A stretch of 64,000 nucleotides of DNA. It comes from a candidate division WOR-3 bacterium (GTDB lineage: Bacteria; Hydrothermota; Tepidihabitantia; Tepidihabitantales; Tepidihabitantaceae). The position numbers and the translations under genes are program-made. The notes under the pieces were generated by a model that was given only the letters and a program-made list of their open reading frames with translations, had not been told where the DNA came from and ran no database searches. The stretch lies in the NCBI GenBank assembly GCA_965648905.1, contig CBFGIT010000003.1:64001-128000 (forward strand), in the 5' to 3' direction. Position 1 is the stretch's first letter, and each line of letters begins with the position of its first letter. Positions 46,005-55,408 of this stretch are shown here, piece after piece.

Positions 46005-48878
46005 TCAGGGTTTCCTGAGCAGCGGTTTCAGGTAGCGGCCGGTGTGGCTGCCCGCGGTGGCTGCGACCTGTTCAGGTAAGCCCTGGGCAATGATGCGGCC
46101 GCCTTCGTCCCCGCCTTCCGGCCCTAAGTCGACAATCCAGTCCGCACACTTGATGACCTCAAGGTTGTGCTCGATAACTACCACTGTGTTGCCCCGCTCG
46201 ACCAGCCGGTCAAGCATCCCGAGAAGCAGCCGCACGTCCTCAAAGTGCAGGCCTGTAGTCGGCTCGTCGAGCAGGTAGAGCGTGCGACCCGTGGCAATCT
46301 TCGATAGCTCGCGCGCGAGCTTGATGCGCTGGGCCTCGCCGCCCGAGAGCGTCGGCGCGGGCTGACCGAGCTTGATATAGCCCAGCCCCACATCCTTCAG
46401 CAGCTTCACCTTGCGCTCAATCACCGGCACGTTGGCGAAGAACTCGACCGACTGGTCCACGCTCATGTCGAGCACCTCGGCGATGTTCTTCATCTTGTAC
46501 TTGACGTCCAAAGTTTCGCGATTGTAGCGCCGGCCCTTGCAGACCTCGCAGGTGACATAGACGTCAGGCAGGAAGTGCATCTCGACCTTGATGATGCCGT
46601 CGCCCGCGCACGCCTCGCACCTGCCGCCCCGCACGTTGAACGAGAACCGGCCCGGCTTGTACCCGCGCATGCGCGCGTCCTTGGTCCGGGCAAAAAGCTC
46701 GCGGATGGGCGTGAACGCATTGGTATAGGTCGCCGGGTTGGAGCGCGGGGTCCGGCCAATCGGCGACTGGTCGATGTTCACGACCTTGTCGACCCGCTCG
46801 ATGCCGGTAATCCGGTCGTATGCGCCCGGCTTCTCGCTTGAGCCGTAGAAATGGCGGGCCAGGGCCCGGTACAGGATATCGGACATGAACGTACTCTTGC
46901 CTGAGCCGGACACGCCGGTGATGCACACGAACCGGCCCAAGGGTATGGCAATGTCCACATTCTTCAGGTTGTTCTCACGACAGCCGATTACGGTCAGCCA
47001 GCCTGAGTCGGCGCTCCGCCGCTGCGCCGGCAGCTCAATCCTGCGCTTGCCCGACAGATACGCGCCGGTCAGCGAGTTGGCGTCGCGTCGAATCTCATCG
47101 GGCGTACCCTGGGCCACGATTCTGCCGCCCTGTTCGCCTGCACCCGGGCCTAAATCGATGACATGGTCCGCCTCAAGAATCGTCTCCTCATCGTGCTCGA
47201 CCACCAGCACGGTGTTGCCCAAATCGCGCAGGCCCGTGAGGGTCGATAGCAGTCTCCGGTTGTCGCGCTGGTGCAGGCCGATTGAGGGCTCGTCCAGGAT
47301 GTAGACCACGCCCACCAGCCCGGACCCAATCTGGGTCGCCAGCCGCACCCGCTGCGCCTCGCCGCCGCCCAGGGTCTCGGCCGTACGGTCGATGGTCAAG
47401 TAGTCCAGTCCGACCGAGACCAGAAACCCCAGCCTGCGCTTCAGCTCCTTGACAACGTCGCGGGCAATCTGCTCGTCGCGCGGCGAGAGCGCGAGTTCCT
47501 CGGAAAAGTACCGGTTCGCGGCCTTGATTGACATCCGCGTCATGTCCGCGATGTTCAGCTCGCCGATGCGCACGGCCAGGGCCTCCGGCTTCAGCCGCCT
47601 GCCCTGGCACGCCGGACACGGCAGCACTGACATGAACCGCTCGACCCACTCGCGCCTCCCTTCGGACTCGGTCTGCTTGTGGATCCGCTCCAGATACGGC
47701 ACTGCGCCCTCATACTTCCCGTCCCATTCCCACTCCCACTTGTCGTTCGCCACCTTATAGTGGAACTCCTCATCCGAGCCCTGGAGAATGATGCGCCGGG
47801 CCGACGCGGGCAGGTCTTTCCACGGCGTGGTCAGCTTGAACTTGTACCGCCGGGCAAGAGACTGCAGCTTGGCGAGAAACCACTCGCCCCGCTCAGAGAG
47901 GTCGCCCCACGGCTTCAGAGCGCCGTCCAGGAGCGACAGGTTCGGGTCGGAAATCAGCCGGTCCGGGTCAATCTCCATCATTGTGCCCAGACCATGGCAC
48001 TTCGGACATGCGCCGTGCGGCGAGTTGAACGAAAACAGCCGGGGCGTGATTTCCTCAAAGCTGAACCCGCAATCCGGACACGCCAGTGCCGCAGAAAACA
48101 CCCGGTCAGCCCCCTCATTCTCGCTTCTCGCTTCTCGCTTCTCGCTTCTGCCTTCGGCATTCTGTACCGCGACCACACAAAGCCCATTTCCCTCTTTGAG
48201 CGCCAGCTCCACCGAATCGGCCAGCCGCTTCCTCACCTCAGGCTTGACCGTAAGCCGGTCCACCACCAGCTCAATCGTATGCTTCTTGTACTTCTCCAGG
48301 CTCGGCACTGCCTCGATTTCGTACAGCTCGCGGTCCACGCGCACGCGGATGAAACCTCTCCGCTTCGCCTGAGACAGAAGCTCCTTGTACTCGCCCTTGC
48401 GGTCCCGCACCAGGGGCGCAAGCACGACAAGGCTCATGCCCTCGGGTTCGGCCAGCAGCGCGTCGACAATCTGGTCCGTGGCCTGGGACGAAATCGGCTT
48501 TGCGCATTTCGGGCAGTACGGCTTGCCCACCCGGGCAAACAGCAGCCTCAGGTAGTCGTAGATTTCCGTGACCGTGCCCACGGTCGAGCGCGGGTTCCGG
48601 GCCGAGGTCCGCTGCTCGATGGCAATCGCGGGCGAAAGCCCGGAGATAGAATCGCAATCCGGCTTCTCAAGCATCCCGAGGAACTGCCGCGCATAGGCAG
48701 AAAGCGACTCGATGTAGCGGCGCTGGCCCTCGGCATAGATGGTATCAAACGCCAGGGACGACTTACCCGAGCCGGAAATCCCGGTGATGACCACGAGCTT
48801 GTTGCGCGGGATTACTACGTCGATGTTCTTGAGATTATGCTCGCGTGCGCCACGAATCCTGATTACGTCATCTGTCAT
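46005..48878 (-). CDS. uvrA: Excinuclease ABC subunit A
   Basis: [24 protein letters not shown], zinc fingers, second ATPase [16 protein letters not shown]. Confidence 0.98.
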   Translation of the reverse strand: MTDDVIRIRGAREHNLKNIDVVIPRNKLVVITGISGSGKSSLAFDTIYAEGQRRYIESLSAYARQFLGMLEKPDCDSISGLSPAIAIEQRTSARNPRSTVGTVTEIYDYLRLLFARVGKPYCPKCAKPISSQATDQIVDALLAEPEGMSLVVLAPLVRDRKGEYKELLSQAKRRGFIRVRVDRELYEIEAVPSLEKYKKHTIELVVDRLTVKPEVRKRLADSVELALKEGNGLCVVAVQNAEGRSEKREARSENEGADRVFSAALACPDCGFSFEEITPRLFSFNSPHGACPKCHGLGTMMEIDPDRLISDPNLSLLDGALKPWGDLSERGEWFLAKLQSLARRYKFKLTTPWKDLPASARRIILQGSDEEFHYKVANDKWEWEWDGKYEGAVPYLERIHKQTESEGRREWVERFMSVLPCPACQGRRLKPEALAVRIGELNIADMTRMSIKAANRYFSEELALSPRDEQIARDVVKELKRRLGFLVSVGLDYLTIDRTAETLGGGEAQRVRLATQIGSGLVGVVYILDEPSIGLHQRDNRRLLSTLTGLRDLGNTVLVVEHDEETILEADHVIDLGPGAGEQGGRIVAQGTPDEIRRDANSLTGAYLSGKRRIELPAQRRSADSGWLTVIGCRENNLKNVDIAIPLGRFVCITGVSGSGKSTFMSDILYRALARHFYGSSEKPGAYDRITGIERVDKVVNIDQSPIGRTPRSNPATYTNAFTPIRELFARTKDARMRGYKPGRFSFNVRGGRCEACAGDGIIKVEMHFLPDVYVTCEVCKGRRYNRETLDVKYKMKNIAEVLDMSVDQSVEFFANVPVIERKVKLLKDVGLGYIKLGQPAPTLSGGEAQRIKLARELSKIATGRTLYLLDEPTTGLHFEDVRLLLGMLDRLVERGNTVVVIEHNLEVIKCADWIVDLGPEGGDEGGRIIAQGLPEQVAATAGSHTGRYLKPLLRKP

Positions 48879-48982
48879 GGGAGACGGCAGAGTATAGACC
48901 GACGCCGGGCGGAATCAAGCCGCCCCTGGCAACTCGGGCCATTGGGCGGGTCCCGAGACTCAGTAGGGTCTTCTGCTGCTGG

Positions 48983-50479
48983 CTACTCTACCTTCACTAC
49001 CCTCGCGAAGGCCGTGCACCTGCCGGCGTCGAGCCGGCAGAAGTAGGTCCCGGCTGGAAGCGCTGTCGGCGAGTCGCTTCCGGCGTCCCAAGTTAGCGCG
49101 TGCAGACCCGGCGACTGCCTGCCTCGAAAGAGGGTCGCCACGTATCTGCCGGCTGCGTCGTACGCACAGAGAGCCACGTCAGACTCACCCGGAAGGCTAT
49201 ACCTGACGGTAGCTCGCCGGTCAGCCACGCTCGGCGAAACGGTGAGCTGACATCCGCGTGATGGGCCCTGACTCTCTTCTATGATTCCAGGGGCAACTGT
49301 TCGGCGCGCAAGTCGCAGATAGCGAAGGTCATCGACAAAGCACACATACAGAGTCCCGGCCGGGTCCTGAGAAAACGATGGGCCTATCCCTCCCGGCGAT
49401 GGAATCGTCTCATGAGTCCAGCCGGGCGGGGTGCGGTATGAGTTGTAGAGTGGGTCCATGGTCGAACTAGCGGCAATGTGGGGAACACCTCCGACGAATG
49501 CCAGGTCCGCGGCTTCCTCTCCTCGTCCAAACGGGCCACGAACCAGTTCCACCGTCCAGCTATCCGGGACGCCGACTCGGTAGTAAAGTCCCCAGTCCGA
49601 TGTGTACGCCAGATGGTCGCGACCGTCCGGGCCAATCTCGGCGGCGTACGGCTCGTAGCCCGACATCCACAGCCTGCCCACGGTGTCCCACTGCCAGGTG
49701 CCGGCCACTCTGGAAGCCAAGAGAAGCAGACCTGTGTCGGTCGGCCCTTCATCGGGTACGCCGAGCCAAATGGAAACACGGTTGGCTGGCCCGGCCGCCA
49801 GCACAGGCGTCGGCACGTAGAACCAAGCGCCGTGTTCAGTCCTGGACCAGATGGTCTCCTTCGTCCAAGTGTCGCCGACTCGCTCGGCAACGCGAATCTC
49901 GTAAGTTGACTCGCTGTTCACGCGAGCGTAGGCCACGATGCAGGCACCGCTGGAACTCACGCGGTAGCTCGGTCTCCGGCTGGATATCACGCGGCTGAAC
50001 CAAGGGCCGCTGTCAACACAGGTCGTCGTCCAACTTGAGCCGGCGTAATATGCGTGGTGAAGCTGCCAACTATCCTGCTGCACGCCGAAATGCTTGGTGT
50101 AGGCAAGACTCGGCCGGCTTGCAGCGTCACTCCGAATTGCGGATGGGTAGGGTCCCGAATACGTGGCACTGTCCACGATGCAGAATCTCCAAGTGGAGTC
50201 AAGGCGAAAGGCGTGACGCAGCAGGCTGCCGTGATGACCTGCAAGTTCGCAGGCGTATGCGAGGTGTGTTCCTCGTTCCCCGAGTGCCAGTACTCGACAC
50301 TCCTCTATCCAGTTGCTACTATCAACGGTCTCAACGGCCCAGTTCTGGCCAAGGACGAGAGAGGCGAACGCGGCCGTGCAGAACACGACCGCGCTCGAAT
50401 GACTTGAGAAAGCTCGTCGCACTGAGGACGACATCCTACTCGACCAAGGTGAGCTTGGTTGTTCTTCTCTCACCTCCAA
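48983..50479 (-). CDS. Secreted beta-propeller-like protein with FlgD-type C-terminal domain (true start probably downstream of 50479)
   Basis: WxxExVD repeats; YDAAGR...WDAGS...GTYFCRL. Confidence 0.65.
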   Translation of the reverse strand: MEVREEQPSSPWSSRMSSSVRRAFSSHSSAVVFCTAAFASLVLGQNWAVETVDSSNWIEECRVLALGERGTHLAYACELAGHHGSLLRHAFRLDSTWRFCIVDSATYSGPYPSAIRSDAASRPSLAYTKHFGVQQDSWQLHHAYYAGSSWTTTCVDSGPWFSRVISSRRPSYRVSSSGACIVAYARVNSESTYEIRVAERVGDTWTKETIWSRTEHGAWFYVPTPVLAAGPANRVSIWLGVPDEGPTDTGLLLLASRVAGTWQWDTVGRLWMSGYEPYAAEIGPDGRDHLAYTSDWGLYYRVGVPDSWTVELVRGPFGRGEEAADLAFVGGVPHIAASSTMDPLYNSYRTPPGWTHETIPSPGGIGPSFSQDPAGTLYVCFVDDLRYLRLARRTVAPGIIEESQGPSRGCQLTVSPSVADRRATVRYSLPGESDVALCAYDAAGRYVATLFRGRQSPGLHALTWDAGSDSPTALPAGTYFCRLDAGRCTAFARVVKVE

Positions 50480-51186
50480 CTAGCAGAACGACATAGTAGG
50501 AGCCGGCGGACAGGGCTGCGCTCAGTTGGTCAGCGTCAACAGCGTGATAGCCCGCCGTTTTGTACCTGTTGACCAAGGTTCCTACATGACGGCCCGAGAC
50601 GTCCCACAGCTCCAGACAGACATTGCCGTTCTCCGGCAGGCCGTACCGGATGGCGGTCCCGCCACCGCGACGGGCAATCTTCTTTGCAGCAAGTGACACC
50701 GTGCGGGGCAGCGAAGTGACCTCTCCCGCAGAACCGCGAAGCGCCTCAATCCCGACACGGCAGGTCGTTTGCCTAGGTAGATACTGGTCGTAGCAAACAC
50801 CCATGTAGTCGTCGACGCTCGGCCTCGGCTTGTAGCAGGTGACTTCCAGTATGCCCTCAGTGGCGGGGGTCACCAGGAAAGTGACCGTTCCGCCAGCACC
50901 AGTCCAGCCGACGGCGTAGACGTCGCCGTCCTTGTGAAGGCAGACGCGCACCTCTGGCAGCCCGTCCCCGGCTACTGTCCGAACGACCACGGTGAAACGA
51001 GTAGTGACACCCACGGGTATGTACCCTGGGTGTTCCGCGATTATGTTGCACGGCTCGTTAATCCACGGTTCGAACTCGGGCGTCCCAAACAGGTTGTGGG
51101 CATGCGAGACGTACCATTTGTACGAGACGCCGGGTACGGTGCTCAAGAGGATTTTCGATGCGGCCTCGACGCCGGAAAGTGTGAAG
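50436..51186 (-). pseudogene. C-terminal fragment of a C25 peptidase-like gene cut off by the IS
   Basis: HNLFGTPEFEPW...RVCLHKDG...GTVTFLVTP aligns by eye with the post-catalytic part of the 1042..4788 protein; the ORF-track N-terminus lies inside the IS. Confidence 0.7.
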
Positions 51187-51261
51187 TGAAATGTTTCACA
51201 GAAAGTGAGACAGAATTGGCTTCTGATTTGGGGAGGGTTATGATAGCGTAGAAAGGCGATA

Positions 51262-51567
51262 ATGGACCAAGAACCAAGAGCTGCAAGACGGGCGTTCAGT
51301 CCGCAGGAGAAGCTGGAAATACTGCTGGAGGGCGCGACGACCGGCAACGTTGCCGAGGTCTGCCGCCGCCGTGGGTTGAGGGTCAGTATGTACTACCGAT
51401 GGCGGGCCATGCTGTTCAAGCATGCCGGCGCTGTGTTCGCACATGGCAACGGCGGGACAGGCCAGTGTCAGGTCGCAGCACTGGAAGAGCAGTTACGCCG
51501 TAAGAACGCGGTGATCGCCGAGTTGACCCAGGAGAACCTGGACCTAAAAAGGGGGCGCTGGCATTGA
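51262..51567 (+). CDS. IS3-family OrfA (HTH)
   Basis: FSPQEKLEIL...VAEVCRRRGL...YYRW; coiled-coil tail ENLDLK. Confidence 0.85.
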   Translation: MDQEPRAARRAFSPQEKLEILLEGATTGNVAEVCRRRGLRVSMYYRWRAMLFKHAGAVFAHGNGGTGQCQVAALEEQLRRKNAVIAELTQENLDLKRGRWH

Positions 51568-52625
51568 GTGACCATCCCCGAGCTTTGAGCGAGAACTTCA
51601 ACCAGGTTGCCGCCTGGGTCGAAGCGACCCGGCAGCGCAGCGGCTGGCCGGTCCGCACTATTCTGGCCAGGCTGGGCATCACGCCGGCACGCTTCTATCG
51701 CCTGCGCGCCCGACAGGCGGTTGAGGTCGGCATCCGAGACGACGCGCAACTGGTGCGCCGCAGTGTCCGGGAACTGCTGCCTGAAGAGCGGATGCTGGTC
51801 CTGGACTATGCTTTGGCCTTTCCGGACTCACGTCATCGGGCACTGGCCTATGAGCTGGCTGATGCCGCTATCGTGTGCGCATCACCCGCGACAGTCTATA
51901 GGGTGTTGAGCGAGAAGGGGTTAGTTCCTGGCGGGCGGGCGGAGCGGGCGGCGGTGACAAGCGGGTCTGACCGTAGGCGGGCGCGACTGCCGGACGAGCG
52001 CTGGCTGTTGGACTGGACCTATCTGACGATCGTCAGGCGCTGGTGGTATCTTTTCTACCTGATGGACGAGTACTCGCGGTACGTGGTTCACTGGGAGCTG
52101 TGCTGGCGGATGGACGAGTCGGCCACGACCGCGGCGATTGAGCGTGCGCTGATGGTGCCGGGACGCAAGCGGCAGCCATCGATCCAGACGGACAACGGGC
52201 CGGCCTTCATCAGCCGTGACTTCAAGAGCTACCTGGCCGGGCATGGCATCAGGCACGATCGGATACATCCCAACTGCCCTCAGGAGAACGGGATTGTCGA
52301 GCGTGGCATCCGGACCTGCAAAGAGCTGGCTGGTGACGAGTTCGACGAGGTCGGACTGGCGCGGATTGAAATCGGCCGGGCGGTTGAGTACTATAACTGC
52401 GAGCGGCGGCACAGTGCGCTTCAGTATCTGCGGCCGATCGACTACTATCGTGGTGACCCAGAGGCTCTGCTGGTGGCACGGGCTCGGCGCATGGCGGCGG
52501 CCCGGGAACACCGCCGGCAGACTAACCTGGCCTTCAACCGCGCGTCACAGGACCGGTGGAAACGGGCCGCAAAACAGGCAGAGGACTCCCTAAATCCGAT
52601 GCCCGTTTTGTCTCATTTCGCGTGA
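51564..52625 (+). CDS. IS3-family OrfB DDE transposase
   Basis: WLLDWTYL, DEYSR, TDNGPAF, PQENGIVER, YYNCERRHSAL; -1 frame to orfA with TTGA overlap. Confidence 0.9.
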   Translation: MSDHPRALSENFNQVAAWVEATRQRSGWPVRTILARLGITPARFYRLRARQAVEVGIRDDAQLVRRSVRELLPEERMLVLDYALAFPDSRHRALAYELADAAIVCASPATVYRVLSEKGLVPGGRAERAAVTSGSDRRRARLPDERWLLDWTYLTIVRRWWYLFYLMDEYSRYVVHWELCWRMDESATTAAIERALMVPGRKRQPSIQTDNGPAFISRDFKSYLAGHGIRHDRIHPNCPQENGIVERGIRTCKELAGDEFDEVGLARIEIGRAVEYYNCERRHSALQYLRPIDYYRGDPEALLVARARRMAAAREHRRQTNLAFNRASQDRWKRAAKQAEDSLNPMPVLSHFA

Positions 52626-52802
52626 AGCAGTACAGACCATTATGCCGACGACGGCCAGTACGGCAGCGACAATGCGCTCAAACAGGACAGAACCGGAGCC
52701 TATGAGGTCACCCATATCCTGCCAGTCTACCCTTGCCGGTCTGCCTGTCAAGCTGGCGGCACCCGGCCCCGGGACCTCGGGTCGTCTGCCGCGCGGCCCG
52801 GC

Positions 52803-53000
52803 TCAGTTGTCGGGCTGGGATTTGTCGCGGACGACCGGTGGAAGCTCGCTGCTGCGCCGCCGGGCCCGCGACTCGGCGGCGCGCGTCCGGAGCTGCCGCA
52901 GCCACTCGTCCACGCTCAGCCCATCCCGAATCCGCTTCTCCTCGGCCTCGCGCCGGACCTTGTGCAGCCACTCCATCCAGTCCAGACCATCAATCTTCAT
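52803..53000 (-). CDS. Small charged protein, probable partner (antitoxin) of the upstream PIN protein
   Basis: 65 aa, overlaps the PIN gene end; position only. Confidence 0.5.
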   Translation of the reverse strand: MKIDGLDWMEWLHKVRREAEEKRIRDGLSVDEWLRQLRTRAAESRARRRSSELPPVVRDKSQPDN

Positions 53001-53471
53001 AGAGCACCACCTGTTCAGGCGTCCTGATATTCACAAACTGATACCCCTCGCGCAGGTTGACCGCATTGAGCCTGCGCTCGGCCCACTCGTTCGCCAGATG
53101 CCTTAGGTTCAGAGAGACGATGACGTCGGCGCGGCCGACAGTTGCGAAAGCGGCGTGCCGGGCATCCAGTACCTCGACCGGAGGGATGACTCCGTCTCGA
53201 ACGTACAACTCGGCCAGCCGGGTCACCTCCGCCTCATCCGCGTCGAGTACGTCCAGTTGGTCGAGCAGTGCGAGCAGTCTTGACCGCACGGGTTCGGCGG
53301 TCTGGCCGAGCTCCTCCTCAGCCAGCGGCGAGACCGCAGCGTTCAGCAGGCCCATCGATAGCTGTCGGAACATCGCCTGCCTGCTTCCCGTCGGACGGCG
53401 TTCCGTGGCTCCTCGTCGAAGTAGAAGCCGAAGACCGAAGTCTCGATGTAGTGCAGGGGCTGGTGTTCCAT
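52990..53471 (-). pseudogene. PIN-domain (VapC-like) gene with 1-nt frameshift
   Basis: ATG 53471 gives MEHQPLHYIETSVFGFYFDEEPRN...; the rest (DARHAAFAT...IVSLNLRHL...IRTPEQV) is in another frame from about 53375. Confidence 0.7.
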
Positions 53472-53768
53472 TGGCTCAGGATAGCCGGTTCCTCTCCGGT
53501 GTCAAGCGCATGGCGAGACTCTGAGTCCGAGGTTGAACCACCGTGGGCAGAAAGGAACGGACGCGGCCAGCAGTGAGAGCTTCCGGACTTCTGCGTTCTG
53601 GCTTCTCGCGTCCACCTTTGACCGGGCGCAGGTCACACCGGGCTCTGTGGCTGACCTTGTGTCGGCTCCAAGCCCGGCCTTTGTGTTCTTGGTGCGCTTG
53701 GTGGTTGAGTGCCGGAATCAGGAGAGCCGGCCCGAGTCGGGCCGGCTCTCGACACTGAAGCTGCCGGG

Positions 53769-54653
53769 CTAGTGGACCACGCGCAGACGCACGGTCTCGG
53801 TCTGCTCCGGGGTCCGAACCGTGCAGTAGTAGACTCCAGGCTGGTAGCCGGCAGTGTTGATGTTCAAGGACGAACCCTGAGCCTCAATCGTCTCGACCGC
53901 GCGGCCGGTCGCGTCCCGCACGGTCATGGTCATGGGGCCGGATGCGCCGTCAAGGCTGATTGCTGTCCTGCGGTCAGCCGGGTTGGGCAGGCATCGTACC
54001 GTCGGCACGGCACGGGCTGGCCGAGCTTCGCTGATGCCACTGACCGGCACAAGGGTGATGTCGTCGGCGGAGACCTCCGCCCACGGCGACCCTCAGCCGC
54101 CTGAGGTGCCGGCGTAAACCGACACCTTGAGCTTCTGGACAAAGCGAATCGGAACGTCGGGCAGGTTCTGGGTCAGTTCGTCGTAGACGTTTATCTGGAA
54201 CCGGTTCCATTCGGTGTTGGGCACCTGAATCAGATGGCTCGTGCCGGTGGAAACCCAGTTGCAGTACGGGCTGGGGTAGTAGAATCTGGTGTCGCCCTGA
54301 AAGGCGTTGTCACGGTCGTAGTAGCCGAGAATCACCGCCGAGACCGGCCAGCAGGTCGAGGAGCCGGCCCCGAGGTTCATTTTGGCCCAGAATGAGAAGT
54401 CGAGGTTGAGGTTCGTGACGCTGACCATCTGGTCGAGCGCGGTCGAGCCGGCCCCGAGATACTGCTGCAGGTATGCCTCATAGTCCGGGTCCGGGTGATA
54501 GCCGGTTCCCCGGTCAAAAGTGTGGGTTCCGGCCCCGACCGGGTTCTGGGTCCAGCCGACCGAAAGGTCCTGCTCAAAGTCACCGTTGACGAGCAGGTTC
54601 TGGCCCAGGGCAGACCCAAGCACAAGCAGCGCACATAATAGCAGTCTAGACAT
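53769..54653 (-). CDS. Secreted candidate selenoprotein (U187): carbohydrate-binding-like beta-sandwich plus C-terminal sorting domain
   Basis: GGAGG RBS before ATG 54653; signal peptide, NLLVNGDFE; TGA 54093-54095 reads through in frame (GTSGG-U-GSPWAEVSADDITLVPVSGISE) into LPNPA...DATGR...GVYYC; SECIS-like hairpin. Confidence 0.7.
54060..54092 (-). promoter_or_regulatory. Candidate bacterial SECIS element
   Basis: UGA + 11 nt + GGCGGA-GGTC-TCCGCC, lower stem GTCG/CGAC. Confidence 0.6.
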
Positions 54654-54793
54654 CGACGAACCTCCAGTTAGCATTGACACATGATAGCCGATGGCCGGCC
54701 CGAGTCAAACCGGGCTGCCATCCGTTCTTGACATGCTGCATCCGGACACTATCTTGGAGTCGTGCAGTCTGCCTCATTTGCCCCGGACCGCTG

Positions 54794-55408
54794 ATGAACT
54801 TACCGCTGCCGGCTCTCGGTCTATCGTTCCTGCTTGGTGCTCTTTCCGGGTCTATCCCGTTCGGCCTTCTGGCCGGCCGTCTGGCCGGCACCGATATCAG
54901 ACAACGCGGCTCCGGTAACATCGGCTTCACCAATGTCCAGCGCACGGTCGGCTGGAAATGGGCCTTGCCGGTTCTCGTGCTGGACATTGCCAAAGGCATC
55001 GCGCCGGTCCTGGTCGCGTCCCGGCTCGGGCTTGAGCCGGTTGCGGCCGGGCTTGGTGCAGTGCTCGGACACGTGTTCACTCCCTGGCTCGGCTTCAAGG
55101 GCGGCAAGGGTGTGGCGACCACGTTCGGAGTCGCGGCCCTGCTCTGCCCGAGAAGCTTCTGGCCTGACCTCGGTCTGTACTTTGTCCTTTTGCTCCTGAC
55201 CGGTTTCATCTCGGTGTCGTCCCTTGCCTTTGCCGCGACTCTGCCCTTCCTGACCGCGGTGCTCTACGCCGGGCACGTCCCGCTGCTCGTCTTTGCCCTG
55301 ACCGTCTCGGTCGTCATCATCCTGCGCCACGTTGACAATATCCGCCGTCTGGCCGCCCGCACCGAGCCGCGGCTTGGGCTCTGGAACCGGCTCTTCCGCA
55401 AGACATGA
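54794..55408 (+). CDS. plsY: Glycerol-3-phosphate acyltransferase
   Basis: GSIPFG, DIRQRGSGNIGFTN, DIAKG, GH...FKGGKGVAT, RHVDNIRRL. Confidence 0.95.
   Translation: MNLPLPALGLSFLLGALSGSIPFGLLAGRLAGTDIRQRGSGNIGFTNVQRTVGWKWALPVLVLDIAKGIAPVLVASRLGLEPVAAGLGAVLGHVFTPWLGFKGGKGVATTFGVAALLCPRSFWPDLGLYFVLLLLTGFISVSSLAFAATLPFLTAVLYAGHVPLLVFALTVSVVIILRHVDNIRRLAARTEPRLGLWNRLFRKT

Larger units (their letters stand above)
51187..52634 (+). mobile_element. IS3-family insertion sequence (1448 bp)
   Basis: TG...CA ends; about 49-bp imperfect inverted repeats (TGAAATGTTTCACAGAAAGTGAGACAGAA... / TGTACTGCTTCACGCGAAATGAGACAAAA...); orfA/orfB arrangement. Confidence 0.85.

Noticed and set aside
47679..49046. 455-aa plus-strand ORF and similar long shadow ORFs (e.g. 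21115..22332, 25951..27000)
   Set aside because: Antisense to well-supported genes, as expected in high-GC DNA, with no recognisable motifs.
51545..51556. Programmed -1 frameshift site in the IS
   Set aside because: TAAAAAGGGGG is not a canonical A6G-type slippery heptamer in the orfA frame, and the TTGA overlap could explain orfB expression. Left uncalled.
31967..54095. Genome-wide UGA reassignment (code 4 or 25) as the cause of the read-through genes
   Set aside because: Clear genes here end at TGA (avd, uvrA, plsY, gpsA, RT), so UGA is normally a stop.
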